A stretch of 64,000 nucleotides of DNA from Acidimicrobiia bacterium (lineage in GTDB: Bacteria; Actinomycetota; Acidimicrobiia; Spongiisociales; ZC4RG35), in assembly GCA_965215185.1 (NCBI GenBank), contig OZ244034.1, positions 1,216,001 to 1,280,000 of the forward strand, given 5' to 3'. The notes beneath the pieces are model-generated. The model saw only the letters and a program-made list of their open reading frames with translations. It had not been told where the DNA came from and did not search any database. Positions within the stretch are counted from its first letter, which is position 1. Each line of letters begins with the position of its first letter. Of this stretch, positions 13,045-23,268 are shown in pieces. A program made the translations under genes and the position numbers.

Positions 13045-14454
13045 TCAGTCCTCCTCGCCAAATTCTTCGGGAACCAGCAGGAACTCGGGATAAGACTCGA
13101 TCCCCAATTCCCCGGCGTCCTGGCCAAGTCTTTCGATGTCGGGCTCCACCCGCAGGCCCATCGCCCGGTCCAGAATCTTCCAGACTGCAAACGATACGAC
13201 GAACACGAAGATCCCCACGGAGACCACGCCCAGCAACTGGACTCCAAACGGGGCCCCTCCGCTGATTCCGACCACCAGAGTTCCCCAGATGCCGCACATC
13301 AAGTGGGCGGGGATGGCGCCGACTACATCGTCCAGTTTGAGGTATTCAAGTAATCTGATTCCGGCGGTACAGATCAAACCGCCGACCGCACCAATGAGGA
13401 TCGACCACTCGTGATCCACCAGGTCCGGCCCGGCGGTGATGGCCACCAGCCCGGCGATTGCTCCGTTCAGACCGGCGAAGAGGTCAACGCGTCCCAACAG
13501 AGGCCTGGAGACGAGAAGGGCGGTCATGACCCCGGCCGCAGCAGCCAAGTTGGTGTTCACCAACACGTTGCTCATTGCCACTGCGTCAAAAGCGCTTCCC
13601 AGAGCGAGTTGGGAACCGCCGTTGAATCCGAACCAACCCATCCACAGTACGAATACTCCCAAGGTAACCAACAAGACATTGGAGGGTGGCGTGCTCTTGA
13701 TGCTGCCGTCTTTTCGGAACTTGCCGAGACGGGGGCCTATTACCAAAATCCCTGCCAAGGCGGCCCATCCACCTGTCCCGTGCACAATGGTGGAACCGGC
13801 AAAGTCCGAAAACCCCAGTTCGGCGAGCCAGCCGCCGCCCCAGGTCCATGCGCCCACGATCGGATAGATGACCGCGGTCAGTATCAATGTAAAGGCGAAG
13901 AAGGACCACATCTTGATCCGTTCGGCGATGGCGCCGGAAACAATTGAGGCTGCGGTCGCCACGAACACCATCTGGAAGAACCAGTCCGACATGACGGAAT
14001 ATCCGTTTGCAACCACTTCCGCCACTGCATCTGTTGCGCCCTCCAAGAGGGCGATCTCACTGGCGGATGATTTGTAAAACAGTTGGAAGGATCCGATCAC
14101 ACTTCCCACATCGACGTACATCAGGTTGTATCCGATGGCGAAGTAGGCGAGACCGGCGATCGAGTAAATGCCGATGTTCTTCAAACAGATCATGGAGGAG
14201 TTCTTACTGCGCACGGCCCCGGCCTCCAGCATTGTGAACCCAGCGGACATCCACATCACCAAGGCTCCCCACATCAGGAAGGCGAAGGTGTTGAATATGA
14301 AGGCCGTTTCCGCGCTTACTCCCACCAACTCCTGAGCGTTGACTAGACCGGGTCGCAGCAGAATAAACCCGAATACCAGAAGAGCAATGGCAGCCATGAT
14401 GGCATATGGTCGCCTACTCACAAGCCCTATCGATTTGCTGTGAACAAGATTCAT
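13045..14454 (-). CDS. amtB: ammonium transporter
   Basis: FFQMVF, DFAGSTIVH, GWFGFNGGS, DDVVGAIPAH. Confidence 0.95.
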   Translation of the reverse strand: MNLVHSKSIGLVSRRPYAIMAAIALLVFGFILLRPGLVNAQELVGVSAETAFIFNTFAFLMWGALVMWMSAGFTMLEAGAVRSKNSSMICLKNIGIYSIAGLAYFAIGYNLMYVDVGSVIGSFQLFYKSSASEIALLEGATDAVAEVVANGYSVMSDWFFQMVFVATAASIVSGAIAERIKMWSFFAFTLILTAVIYPIVGAWTWGGGWLAELGFSDFAGSTIVHGTGGWAALAGILVIGPRLGKFRKDGSIKSTPPSNVLLVTLGVFVLWMGWFGFNGGSQLALGSAFDAVAMSNVLVNTNLAAAAGVMTALLVSRPLLGRVDLFAGLNGAIAGLVAITAGPDLVDHEWSILIGAVGGLICTAGIRLLEYLKLDDVVGAIPAHLMCGIWGTLVVGISGGAPFGVQLLGVVSVGIFVFVVSFAVWKILDRAMGLRVEPDIERLGQDAGELGIESYPEFLLVPEEFGEED

Positions 14455-14656
14455 GGATGTTCCCCCTATTTACCGATTCGCACCCTTTGCAAGGCCCGCT
14501 TTCAGGTACAGAGGGTAACACTTTTGCTAAGAATGGGCGGTAAAACGCGGACCATTTTGAAGACAGCTAAAGTCCAGTTGACTGCCTTGCTATTGCTCTG
14601 CCGCTCCCTAACCGCCCGTAGATGCGAGCTACCCCAAGCCTCCCGCGGTTACACTG

Positions 14657-15484
14657 TTGACAATGAGTCGCATAGGCAATTCCATAGCGTTGGCTAAGGC
14701 ATCTTGGGAGGTGCTTAAGGCCGACAAAGAACTGATGTTGCTCCCAGTCATCTCAATGGTCACCACGGCTGTCACCCTCGCCTTGTTCTTTATCCCGGTG
14801 GTGATAAACGGGTTCAGTGGCATCAGTTTTTTGCTACTGGTGGTGATGTATTTTGTTCTAGCCTACATAACCATATTTTTCAATGCCGCATTGATCAGCG
14901 CCGCGCACGAACGCCTGACGGGAGGAGACCCCACCGTGGGAAGCGCGTTGCGAGGCGCCGCATCACGGGCGGGTCGGATTCTGCCCTGGGCTCTGATTTC
15001 GGCCCTGGTTTCGGCAATTCTGAAGACCATAGAGGAGCGCGCCGGTCTCCTGGGCAGTTTCGTGATCAGATTGGTGGGAATGGCGTGGAGCGTTGTCACC
15101 TTCCTGGTGCTACCACTCATCGTAATTGAGGGGACAGGCGCGATAGACGCAGTCAAGGGCTCTGTCGCCCTCTTCCGCAGGACCTGGGGAGAGAATCTCG
15201 GCGCCCACGTGGGCTTGAGCCTGGTCGGTTTCCTCGCCTCACTACCAGGCGTGGGGCTGATCATCATAGGTGTAGTGTTGCAGGGAGGAGCGGCAACCGG
15301 CGCCGCGATGGGCTTAGGCGCTTTGTGGATGCTCCTGGTAGTCGTTGTTATGTCCGCGCTTTCGGGGATCTTCCAGACTGCCCTATATCATTTCGCTGTG
15401 GACGGACACGCCCCCTCAGGGTATTTCGATAATCAGATCATGGCCAAGGCTTTCGCTCCCCGGCGTCGCCGCTTCAGGAGGTAA
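14657..15484 (+). CDS. DUF6159-like multi-pass membrane protein
   Basis: SWEVLKADKEL, GGDPTV, FRRTWGE, ALYHFA motifs; several TM segments. Confidence 0.75.
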   Translation: MTMSRIGNSIALAKASWEVLKADKELMLLPVISMVTTAVTLALFFIPVVINGFSGISFLLLVVMYFVLAYITIFFNAALISAAHERLTGGDPTVGSALRGAASRAGRILPWALISALVSAILKTIEERAGLLGSFVIRLVGMAWSVVTFLVLPLIVIEGTGAIDAVKGSVALFRRTWGENLGAHVGLSLVGFLASLPGVGLIIIGVVLQGGAATGAAMGLGALWMLLVVVVMSALSGIFQTALYHFAVDGHAPSGYFDNQIMAKAFAPRRRRFRR

Positions 15485-15490
15485 ACCGAC

Positions 15491-16108
15491 TTAGCTGCCC
15501 GGCTGGCTTTGGGCGACAGCCAGTCCCCGGGGTGAACGGTAGCCAGTCCCGGTGGCAACCAACCGCCAGTGACGATTGGTTGCTTTGTTAATCCCCACCC
15601 GAGGGGTCCTCGTCACTACCAGGGCGCCCATCCCGCTCTCCTCGAGCCACACCCCCCGCCCCCCAGACAACTGCAGTCCGTCATGGCACCCGTCCATTCC
15701 CAAAGCCTGGGTGAGCTTTCCCGGCCCGTCGCACAGGTGGTCTTCCCGGCCGCGGCGGGAAATCATGGTTTCCACTCCCCATTCCGGGAGCCCGCCCCGC
15801 AGCAGCACCGCTCGACCCTCCCCCTCGAGGCCCGCGACCACATTGGCGCACCAGTGGATTCCATAAGACCGGTAGACGTACAGCATTCCCGCCCTGGCGA
15901 ACATGGTGCGGTTGCGTCGCCCGGGACCCGAGAAGGCGTGGCTGGCCGGATCATCAGCCCCACCGTAGGCTTCCACCTCGCAAATCACCACCGAAGTAGT
16001 AACCCCCTCAATCTGGGTCACCAGCCTCTTACCCAATAGACGAGCAGCCACTTCCAGCACCGGACCAGTAAAGAAGCTCCGGCACAGCGGGCGGGGCGAA
16101 TCTTTCAA
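15491..16108 (-). CDS. DNA-3-methyladenine glycosylase (Mpg)
   Basis: EVEAY, DPASHA, YVYRSYGIHWC, GPGKL, PRVGI; TTG start overlapping argF stop inferred. Confidence 0.9.
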   Translation of the reverse strand: MKDSPRPLCRSFFTGPVLEVAARLLGKRLVTQIEGVTTSVVICEVEAYGGADDPASHAFSGPGRRNRTMFARAGMLYVYRSYGIHWCANVVAGLEGEGRAVLLRGGLPEWGVETMISRRGREDHLCDGPGKLTQALGMDGCHDGLQLSGGRGVWLEESGMGALVVTRTPRVGINKATNRHWRLVATGTGYRSPRGLAVAQSQPGS

Positions 16109-16995
16109 GTCAAAAGGTGTAGAAGTAGGGCTCCGAAAGAGTGGAGGCGGTTCTCTGCTTGGTCGAACACCACCGAACGGGGCGACTCCAACACTTCGGC
16201 CGTTACTTCTTCGCCACGGTGGGCGGGGAGGCAATGCAGGAACACCGCCTCCGGGTCAGCCTTCTCCATTAACGCCGAGTCCACCGTGAATCCTTTGAAA
16301 GCCAGGTCGCGTTCGGCAGTCTCCTTTTCTTGTCCCATCGAGGTCCATACGTCTGTGTATACGGCGTGGGCGCCTTCCACCGCCGGGATCGGATGGTCGA
16401 ATACCGAGACTTTTCCCCACTCTCGCGCCTGTGCCAACACTTGCCCGTCCGGTCGGTACCCCCGAGGACACCCCACCCGCACCTCCATGCCCGCCATGGT
16501 CCCGGCCAACATCAGCGAATGACAGACGTTGTTGCCGTCACCCAGGTAGGCAAGGACTGTTCCGGGAAGACGGCGCCGCTCGGAGATGGTCATCAGATCG
16601 GCCACCGCCTGACAGGGGTGTTCCCAATCCGACAGCAAGTTGATCACCGGCGCCTTCATCAGGCCCGACATCTCCTCCAGGAGTGAATGCTCGAAAACCC
16701 GCATGCCAAGAGCATCCAGGTAGCGGTCGAGTACCCGAGCCACATCGGCCGGGTCTTCCCTTTGGCCCACCCCGGACACTTCCTGATGGATAGCGATCGG
16801 GTGAGCCCCCAAAAGGGCAGTGGCAGCCGTGGAAGATACCCAGGTTCGCAAGGAGGGTTTCTCAAAAAACAGCCCCACCGTCTTCCCGGAGAGAGCGCTT
16901 TGGTACCGTTCGGGGCTTCGTTTGAAGTCCATGCTCGCCTCCAACAGCCTCCCCAGGCCCTCGGCGCCGACATCAGCCACGGATAGAAAGCTCAC
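16105..16995 (-). CDS. argF: ornithine carbamoyltransferase
   Basis: FEKPSLRT, HPCQ, DVWTSMGQE, HCLP, DQAENR. Confidence 0.93.
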   Translation of the reverse strand: MSFLSVADVGAEGLGRLLEASMDFKRSPERYQSALSGKTVGLFFEKPSLRTWVSSTAATALLGAHPIAIHQEVSGVGQREDPADVARVLDRYLDALGMRVFEHSLLEEMSGLMKAPVINLLSDWEHPCQAVADLMTISERRRLPGTVLAYLGDGNNVCHSLMLAGTMAGMEVRVGCPRGYRPDGQVLAQAREWGKVSVFDHPIPAVEGAHAVYTDVWTSMGQEKETAERDLAFKGFTVDSALMEKADPEAVFLHCLPAHRGEEVTAEVLESPRSVVFDQAENRLHSFGALLLHLLT

Positions 16996-19397
16996 AGCTC
17001 ACCTCGCAAGTCCGCCCCCAAACGCCGAGCCGCCTCGGCCATGGAGCGCAGAGCCGCCCCGGTCTCCTCACTGGAGAGGGTGCGATCGGGGGCCCTAAGG
17101 GTGTAGTTGATCGCCAAGCTCTTGCGACCCTCTCCCAACGGTTCGCCCCGAAACTCGTCGAACACTTGAGCAGACTCCAGCAAGTCGCTGGCCGCCTCTG
17201 CGGTGGCGGCCAGTATTTCGTCGGCTGCCAACTCTTCGGGCGCCTCGAAAGCCATGTCGAAGGTGTAAGGCGGAAAAACGCTGGGCGCCCGAAACTGCCA
17301 ATGCTCTCGGTCGGCGACCAGAGGATCGAGTTCCAACTCCATGGCGATGACCCGTCCCGAGAGGTCCGCCCGTCGCACCACCGCCGGGTGAACTTCCCCC
17401 ATCATTCCCACCGGTTCTCCTTCCAATAACAGCCGCGCCGTCCGGGTAGGATGCCACCCCGGCGCCTCTACCGGCTCAAGACGCCAGTGCCCCAGTCCCA
17501 GATGATTGGCGACCCTTCGCCACACCGCGGAGACCGTGTAAAAGTCCACCGGGCGGCGGGACATCCCCAGACCCGAACCTCCAATGTGACCCGCCGCCAG
17601 CAGGCCTACGCGTTCGGGCTGATCGGGAACTTTGGGAAGAACAGGATGGGGCCGATCAAAAAATACTCGGCCTAATTCGAAAATGGCCGAATCGTCCAGC
17701 CCATGGGAGTGGTTGTAACGGGCTACCCGCAAGAGGCCCGGCAACAGTGTGGTCCGCAGAATGGACTCTTCCTCTCGGAGGGGGTTTTTAAGATGAATCT
17801 GCCGCGCCCGTTCGTCCTCTTCATCCCAACCCCAAATCTCCATCTCCGAAGAACGCATGAAACTGAGGGTCACCGACTCGGAGAATCCCAGCCCGCAGAG
17901 AGTCTGACGCAGCTGGCGGGTGCGGCGCTGCCGGATCGAGCGTCTCCCGCCCGGACCGCGGGGTACCCGTTCCGGAAAGTTGTTGTATCCCCATAACCTG
18001 GCCAGCTCCTCCACCAGGTCGATGGGGCGAGTCAGGTCGGGTCGGAAGGTAGGAACCTCCACCGTGATGGGGTCCTCACCCTCCACCGCCAAATGTAGTC
18101 TTGACAACAGATCGACCACCCGGGGAGTATCGAAACCTGGACCCAGGATGCGTTCGGCCTCTCTGAGTTCGAAGCTGATCGTGACCGGATGCAGGCGGTC
18201 TTCCCGCGCTATTACATCGGTCACCTGAGCCAGCGCCTCTCCCCCGGCCAGGTGGGTTACCAACTGGGCGGCTCGAGCCGCCGCTACCGGCGGTAGGGCG
18301 GGATCCACTCCGCGTTCGAAACGGGCCGAAGCCTCGGTGCGCAGGGCATGCCGCTTGGACATATGCAAGACGGTAGGGGGATCCCAGGATGCTGCTTCGA
18401 TCAGCACCGCAGAAGTGTCGTCGGTCACCTCTGAGGCGCCACCGCCCATTGTGCCCGCTAAGGCCGAAGCTCGATGACGGTCGGCCACTACCAAGTCGGA
18501 ATTGGTCAACACCCGATCCACCCCGTCCAAGGTGATGAGCCTCTCTCCCGGATGCGCTCTTCTCACCACTATGTCCGCCCCTCCCAGTTCGTCGAGATCG
18601 AAGGCATGGATGGGTTGCCCCAATTCCAAGAGGACGTAATTGGTGATGTCCACCACATTGGAGAGGGGACGCTGCCCCGAAGCCCGCAACCGGGTCTGCA
18701 TCCAAAACGGAGAAGGGGAGATTCGACAGCCCCGTACTTCTCGGGCCACAAAGCGGTAACACCCGGTTGGATCTTCGATGGTTATGTCGATCTCGGGGCG
18801 CCCATTTACCTGAGGAAAGTCGAGGTCGGGGAGACGGTAATCGATGCGGAAATAGGCGGCGAGTTCCCTGGCCACCCCCACATACGACATCACATCGGGC
18901 CGATTGGGGGTGATGCTCAGATCCAGCACCGTGTCGGTGAGGGGCTCGAATCCAGCCAGATCCTCACCCAAAGGCACATCGGAGTCCAAAACCAGGATTC
19001 CCTCCGCGTTCTCCCCCAATCCCAACTCTTTTTCCGAACAGATCATCCCATGGGACTCCACACCCCTTATGGACCGGCGTCCGATCTCCATACCGCCGCT
19101 CAGCCTCGACCCGGGAATTGCCCAGGCCACCGTGGCGCCCGCCTCGAAATTCCACGCCCCGCACACCACGGTGATCGGCTCATCTCCGGTTGTCACCCGG
19201 CACACTCTGATCCGGTCGGCCCGGGGGTGGGGTTCGACCTCCAGCACCCGGGCGGTTATAACCCGCGTGAAGTCGGGAGCGATTTGCTCAATCTTCTCCA
19301 CCTCGTGACCGAGCGACTCCAAAACCTGGGCGAGTTCTGCCGGTTGAGAAGACGGAACGTCGAGGTAATCGGCCAGCCAGTTGAATGAGACTCTCAT
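16992..19397 (-). CDS. pheT: phenylalanine--tRNA ligase beta subunit
   Basis: 801 aa; TPNRPD, RFERGVD, DLVEELARLWGY, FDX-ACB end. Confidence 0.97.
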   Translation of the reverse strand: MRVSFNWLADYLDVPSSQPAELAQVLESLGHEVEKIEQIAPDFTRVITARVLEVEPHPRADRIRVCRVTTGDEPITVVCGAWNFEAGATVAWAIPGSRLSGGMEIGRRSIRGVESHGMICSEKELGLGENAEGILVLDSDVPLGEDLAGFEPLTDTVLDLSITPNRPDVMSYVGVARELAAYFRIDYRLPDLDFPQVNGRPEIDITIEDPTGCYRFVAREVRGCRISPSPFWMQTRLRASGQRPLSNVVDITNYVLLELGQPIHAFDLDELGGADIVVRRAHPGERLITLDGVDRVLTNSDLVVADRHRASALAGTMGGGASEVTDDTSAVLIEAASWDPPTVLHMSKRHALRTEASARFERGVDPALPPVAAARAAQLVTHLAGGEALAQVTDVIAREDRLHPVTISFELREAERILGPGFDTPRVVDLLSRLHLAVEGEDPITVEVPTFRPDLTRPIDLVEELARLWGYNNFPERVPRGPGGRRSIRQRRTRQLRQTLCGLGFSESVTLSFMRSSEMEIWGWDEEDERARQIHLKNPLREEESILRTTLLPGLLRVARYNHSHGLDDSAIFELGRVFFDRPHPVLPKVPDQPERVGLLAAGHIGGSGLGMSRRPVDFYTVSAVWRRVANHLGLGHWRLEPVEAPGWHPTRTARLLLEGEPVGMMGEVHPAVVRRADLSGRVIAMELELDPLVADREHWQFRAPSVFPPYTFDMAFEAPEELAADEILAATAEAASDLLESAQVFDEFRGEPLGEGRKSLAINYTLRAPDRTLSSEETGAALRSMAEAARRLGADLRGEL

Positions 19398-20431
19398 CGA
19401 AACTGGGAAAGTGCTCGGAGGTCGTTGTCAAAGAAGTGCCGCAACGGCGAGACGCCGTGGCGCACCTGCGCGATGCGCTCCACTCCCATGCCAAAAGCGA
19501 AACCGCTCACCTTGGAAGGGTCGTACCCCACCCACTCGAATACGTTGGGATCCACCATGCCGCAACCCAGAAGTTCTATCCATCCCACCCCGCCGCACAC
19601 CCGGCACTCTCCTCCCCCCTCACAGGAGAAACAGGAAGCATGCATCTCCGCCGATGGCTCGGTGAAGGGAAAGAAGTTGGGAAGTAGACGAATACGGCGT
19701 TCCGAGCCGAAAAATTCGCGGGCGAAATAGGCAAGGGTGCCGCGCAGGTCGGAGAAGGTCAGGTTTTCATCCACTGCCAGCCCTTCGATCTGGTGAAATA
19801 CCGGCGAGTGGGTGGCGTCGGGAGTGTCCGCCCTGAATACCTTGCCCGGTACCACCACGTAGACGGGCGGATCGTGGCTTTCCATGTAGCGGGCCTGCAC
19901 TGGCGAGGTGTGGGTACGCAGCAGGACCTCGTCAGCAGGGTCTCCCCAGTCGAGATAGAGGGTATCGGACTCCAGCCTGCTGGGATGGGTAGGAGGGGTG
20001 TTCAGGGCGTCGAAGTTGTAGATACCGGATTCGGCCTCCGGTCCTCCTACCACCTCATAGCCCAATCCGATGAAAATTTCGCACACCTCTTCAATGGTGG
20101 AGGTGATGAGATGGGTGTATCCCTCCGGATACTCAAGGGCCGGCAGAGTGACATCCACCCGGTCCGAAACCAGCATGAGGCGCTCGCTTTGGGCCTCGAG
20201 ATACTCCCTCCGAGTTCTTACCAACTCTTTGACAACCCGCTGCGCCTCCTGAATCGCCCTACCCAACCCAGGACGCTCGGAGGGCGGGAGCTTTCCTATC
20301 CCCCGCTGCAACTCGGCGACCAGCGAGCGTCTGCCCAAGAGATCGGCTTCAACCGCCGCCAACTCGTCCAGGTTGACAGTCCCTTCCACCAAGGCCGGAG
20401 CGTTCTTCACTGCAGTGACAAGTTTTTCCAT
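19394..20431 (-). CDS. pheS: phenylalanine--tRNA ligase alpha subunit
   Basis: LLRTHTSP, FHQIEG, FPFTEPS, GFAFGMGVER. Confidence 0.97.
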   Translation of the reverse strand: MEKLVTAVKNAPALVEGTVNLDELAAVEADLLGRRSLVAELQRGIGKLPPSERPGLGRAIQEAQRVVKELVRTRREYLEAQSERLMLVSDRVDVTLPALEYPEGYTHLITSTIEEVCEIFIGLGYEVVGGPEAESGIYNFDALNTPPTHPSRLESDTLYLDWGDPADEVLLRTHTSPVQARYMESHDPPVYVVVPGKVFRADTPDATHSPVFHQIEGLAVDENLTFSDLRGTLAYFAREFFGSERRIRLLPNFFPFTEPSAEMHASCFSCEGGGECRVCGGVGWIELLGCGMVDPNVFEWVGYDPSKVSGFAFGMGVERIAQVRHGVSPLRHFFDNDLRALSQFR

Positions 20432-20485
20432 TCCGGCTCTATGAGTTTAGAAAGCCCCGCAGGTCGATTCGAAGAGCTTGTTGTC

Positions 20486-21226
20486 CTACTCCGAACGCAA
20501 CCGTGAGAGATGCTGGCAGATGATGCCACCCGCCACAGCCGCATTGAGACTTTCCGTCCCGTTCGACATGGGGATCGAACACCATAGATCGATCTGGGCG
20601 GCGTAGGAAGGGACAATCCCTTCAGATTCGTCGCCGATCATCAGCCACCACCTCCGATCATGATGGAGATGCCCACCCAACTCGGGAAGGAGAACGCCGC
20701 CCCGAGGAACCGCAGCAATCACGAGCGCTTCGTCGGGCGCCTCTTCGGTCTCCCCAATTCCTACCTTGAAATGACCGCCTGCCCCGGCTCGAAGCACCTT
20801 TGGTGCCCAGGGATCAACCGCTTCTGTTCCCATGGCCACATCCCATCCGAAAGCAGCGGCGGTACGGATCAAGGTTCCCCCGTTGCCCGGCTGGGAAACC
20901 AGCAGCCACAGAGTATCCCTGGCTCCCATTTCGGAGCGGGGAATGGTCAACACCGCTATCGGACCCCGGGGGTTCTTGGTGTCGGCGATCCGGGACAGCG
21001 CCTCCTCGCTCAGCAGGGTGAGGGGTACTCCCCGCTCCTCACAGAGTCGGCGGGTGGGCTCGTCTTCGGGCAACGCCAATACCTCCGACACATCACCGCC
21101 GGCGGCCAGCGCTTCGGAGAGAAGGTGGGGACCTTCGAGCAGTGTCTTTCCGGTCTGTTTGCGATGACGGGCCCGATACAACCGGGCCAAATCGGCGATC
21201 CGGGGATTGCGCCGAGAACTAATCAA
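20486..21226 (-). CDS. TrmH/SpoU family RNA methyltransferase
   Basis: PGNGGTLIRTA, ESLNAAVA; usual position upstream of pheS. Confidence 0.9.
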   Translation of the reverse strand: MISSRRNPRIADLARLYRARHRKQTGKTLLEGPHLLSEALAAGGDVSEVLALPEDEPTRRLCEERGVPLTLLSEEALSRIADTKNPRGPIAVLTIPRSEMGARDTLWLLVSQPGNGGTLIRTAAAFGWDVAMGTEAVDPWAPKVLRAGAGGHFKVGIGETEEAPDEALVIAAVPRGGVLLPELGGHLHHDRRWWLMIGDESEGIVPSYAAQIDLWCSIPMSNGTESLNAAVAGGIICQHLSRLRSE

Positions 21227-21573
21227 GCCTGTTGGGCGATCTTTACCAACTGCGAGAAGGCGTCCGGATCGTTGACCGCCATTTCAGCCAACATCTTGCG
21301 GTTTATCTCCACTCCGGCCTCGTTCAAACCCGCTACAAACCGCGAGTAGGTCATGCCGTTTTGGCGGGCCGCGGCGTTGATGCGAGTAATCCACAAGCGC
21401 CGAAAGTCGCCTTTGCGGGCGCGACGGTGACTGTAAGAGTCGGCCATGGCATGCATGACCTGCTCATTAGCGGCCTTGAAGGTGCGGCTCTTCGCTCCCC
21501 GATAGCCCTTGGCCCGGGCGACCACTTTGCGGCGGGCGCGATGGGCGGAGGCTGCGTTTGTTGCTCTTGCCAT
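21223..21573 (-). CDS. rplT: 50S ribosomal protein L20
   Basis: AKGYRG, FRRLWITRINAAAR. Confidence 0.97.
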   Translation of the reverse strand: MARATNAASAHRARRKVVARAKGYRGAKSRTFKAANEQVMHAMADSYSHRRARKGDFRRLWITRINAAARQNGMTYSRFVAGLNEAGVEINRKMLAEMAVNDPDAFSQLVKIAQQA

Positions 21574-21585
21574 GATTACCGCCTC

Positions 21586-21780
21586 CTAATTCTTGATCAC
21601 GCGGCGAACGTTTTTCTCGTCACCGGGCGCCAGGGAGCTGGTCCCATCCAGCCGGCGAAAGCGCCTCTTACCCTTGGCCAGCCGGTAATGACCCCTGCCG
21701 GCCTGTCGGCGCATCAGCTTCCCCGAGCCGGTCTTTTTTATTCGTTTGCTGAGACCCCGATGGCTCTTCTGTTTAGGCAC
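21586..21780 (-). CDS. rpmI: 50S ribosomal protein L35
   Basis: MPKQKSHRG..KRIKKTGSGK. Confidence 0.95.
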   Translation of the reverse strand: MPKQKSHRGLSKRIKKTGSGKLMRRQAGRGHYRLAKGKRRFRRLDGTSSLAPGDEKNVRRVIKN

Positions 21781-21824
21781 TGGGTCCTCCTAGGTTGCAT
21801 TCTGACCGAGAGCGACTAGCTCTT

Positions 21825-22370
21825 CTATCTGTGTTTTGTGTTGGGGCTTTGGCTACCCGACCCGTAGTGGACCGGAGCCAGCATCATGGTCATGTTGCGG
21901 CCCTCCATCTTGGGGGCCTGTTCCATAACCCCGTCCTCGCTTACGGCCTCGGCCAGCCGGGACAGTAGTTTTTGGCCGTACTCCGGCCTTTCCCGCTCCC
22001 TTCCACGAAAGCGAACGGTCAGTTTCACCTTGTCTCCACCCGTGAGAAACGAAACGACCTTGCGAGTTTGCATGTTAAAGTCGTGGTCTTCAATCCTGGG
22101 CCGCAGCCGTAGCTCTTTGATTACGGTCCGAGTCTGGCTCTTTCGAGCCGCCCTTTCCTTTATCGAGCGCTCGTACTTGAACCGTCCGTAATCCATCAGC
22201 CGACATACCGGAGGATCCGCCATGGGAGCGACTTCCACCAAATCCATATCCAACTGCTCAGCCAGCCACATGGCCTCTTCTAGCTTCTTTACGCCGATTT
22301 GCGCCCCATCCGGCGCTACCAAACGTACTACAGCAGCCCTGATTGCATCATTTACTCGAAGTTCTGCGAT
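21825..22370 (-). CDS. infC: translation initiation factor IF-3 (ATC start)
   Basis: PPVCRLMDYGRFKY, FRGRE; frame extends to ATC GCA GAA CTT CGA GTA AAT (IAELRVN) just after SD AGGAGG. Confidence 0.93.
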   Translation of the reverse strand: MAELRVNDAIRAAVVRLVAPDGAQIGVKKLEEAMWLAEQLDMDLVEVAPMADPPVCRLMDYGRFKYERSIKERAARKSQTRTVIKELRLRPRIEDHDFNMQTRKVVSFLTGGDKVKLTVRFRGRERERPEYGQKLLSRLAEAVSEDGVMEQAPKMEGRNMTMMLAPVHYGSGSQSPNTKHR

Positions 22371-22402
22371 TGTTTTCTCCTCCTGTTCATCAGGTTTTCA
22401 GC

Positions 22403-22485
22403 CAGCAGAAGAGTCCGCTCCCAAGAAACCACAGCGCACCAATAACCGGTGGCCGGGTGGGAAGCAAATCAGCCTCCGCTTCGTA
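22403..22485 (-). promoter_or_regulatory. L20-leader-like structured 5' UTR
   Basis: Minus strand AGCGGAG...CTTCTGCT outer and GCTTCCCA...TGGGAGC inner pairing directly upstream of infC-rpmI-rplT. Confidence 0.55.
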
Positions 22486-22531
22486 ATAGCTAGCAACAAG
22501 TATACCTCACCTCAGTGAATCTGCCCAAAGT

Positions 22532-23261
22532 TCACCTGATGTCCGACCGGAGAGCGTCCACCACTGCTCGGGCAGCCTGCGAGCCGGCATTGGATCCCTG
22601 TTTGCTACGTGCCACGGCCTGTTCCCATTCGGAGACTGCCAGCACTGAGTTGCCCACCGGGACACCGGTGTCGACCTGCAATTGGATCAGCCCCTGGACT
22701 GCTCCATCCACCACGGACTGGAAGTGATGGGTTTCTCCTTGCAGAACCACCGCGGTTGCCACCACTCCCTGGCACCCTGCCTGGATCAGCCGGCTAGCAC
22801 CCCAGGGAAGCTCCCAGGCTCCTGCGACATCCAATTGAACGATGTTTTTGGACAAAATCCCCATCTCCTCAAGGGTCTCACGGGCCCCCTGTCCCAAACG
22901 TTCTGCGACCGGGACGCCACCCACTTTGTCATATCTGGCAATCACCAATCCCACTTTTGGTTCTTTTCGAGCCCAGGGCAATACGATCAGCCAACCCAAA
23001 CCGATCAACGAACTGACGAACACCCCCAAGGCCGCCAACACAAACACCAAAAAAAAGCTCCAGCCCAGATTGTCTCTGATGTAGAGCAAGCCCACCAGCC
23101 CGATCGCCGATGTTCCCAGCCAGATGACGGTGATAGAAATAGCAACTCGGCGATAGAGTTCGAAGTTAGGTGATCGTCGATGACCGAAGTTGCTCAGACG
23201 TCTGTAGAGATCAGGATTCGGGGGGAACACGGCCAGAAATGTTAGCAAGATCCTTGCCCAT
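22532..23261 (-). CDS. ribH: 6,7-dimethyl-8-ribityllumazine synthase with N-terminal two-TM extension (start ambiguous)
   Basis: GAWELP, LQGETHHF, TGVPV, QAVARS; N-terminal hydrophobic helices; ATG at 23261 with SD is one base out of frame at a C6 run, TTG at 23248 is in frame. Confidence 0.85.
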
Positions 23262-23268
23262 CAGGCTC

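Noticed and set aside
14455-14656. GlnR boxes upstream of amtB (and glnA)
   Set aside because: Only isolated GTAAC/TTAAC half-sites; no paired box.
16105-16995. SLRT motif suggesting an N-acetyl/succinyl-ornithine transcarbamylase
   Set aside because: FEKP, DVWTSMG and HCLP fit an ordinary OTCase.
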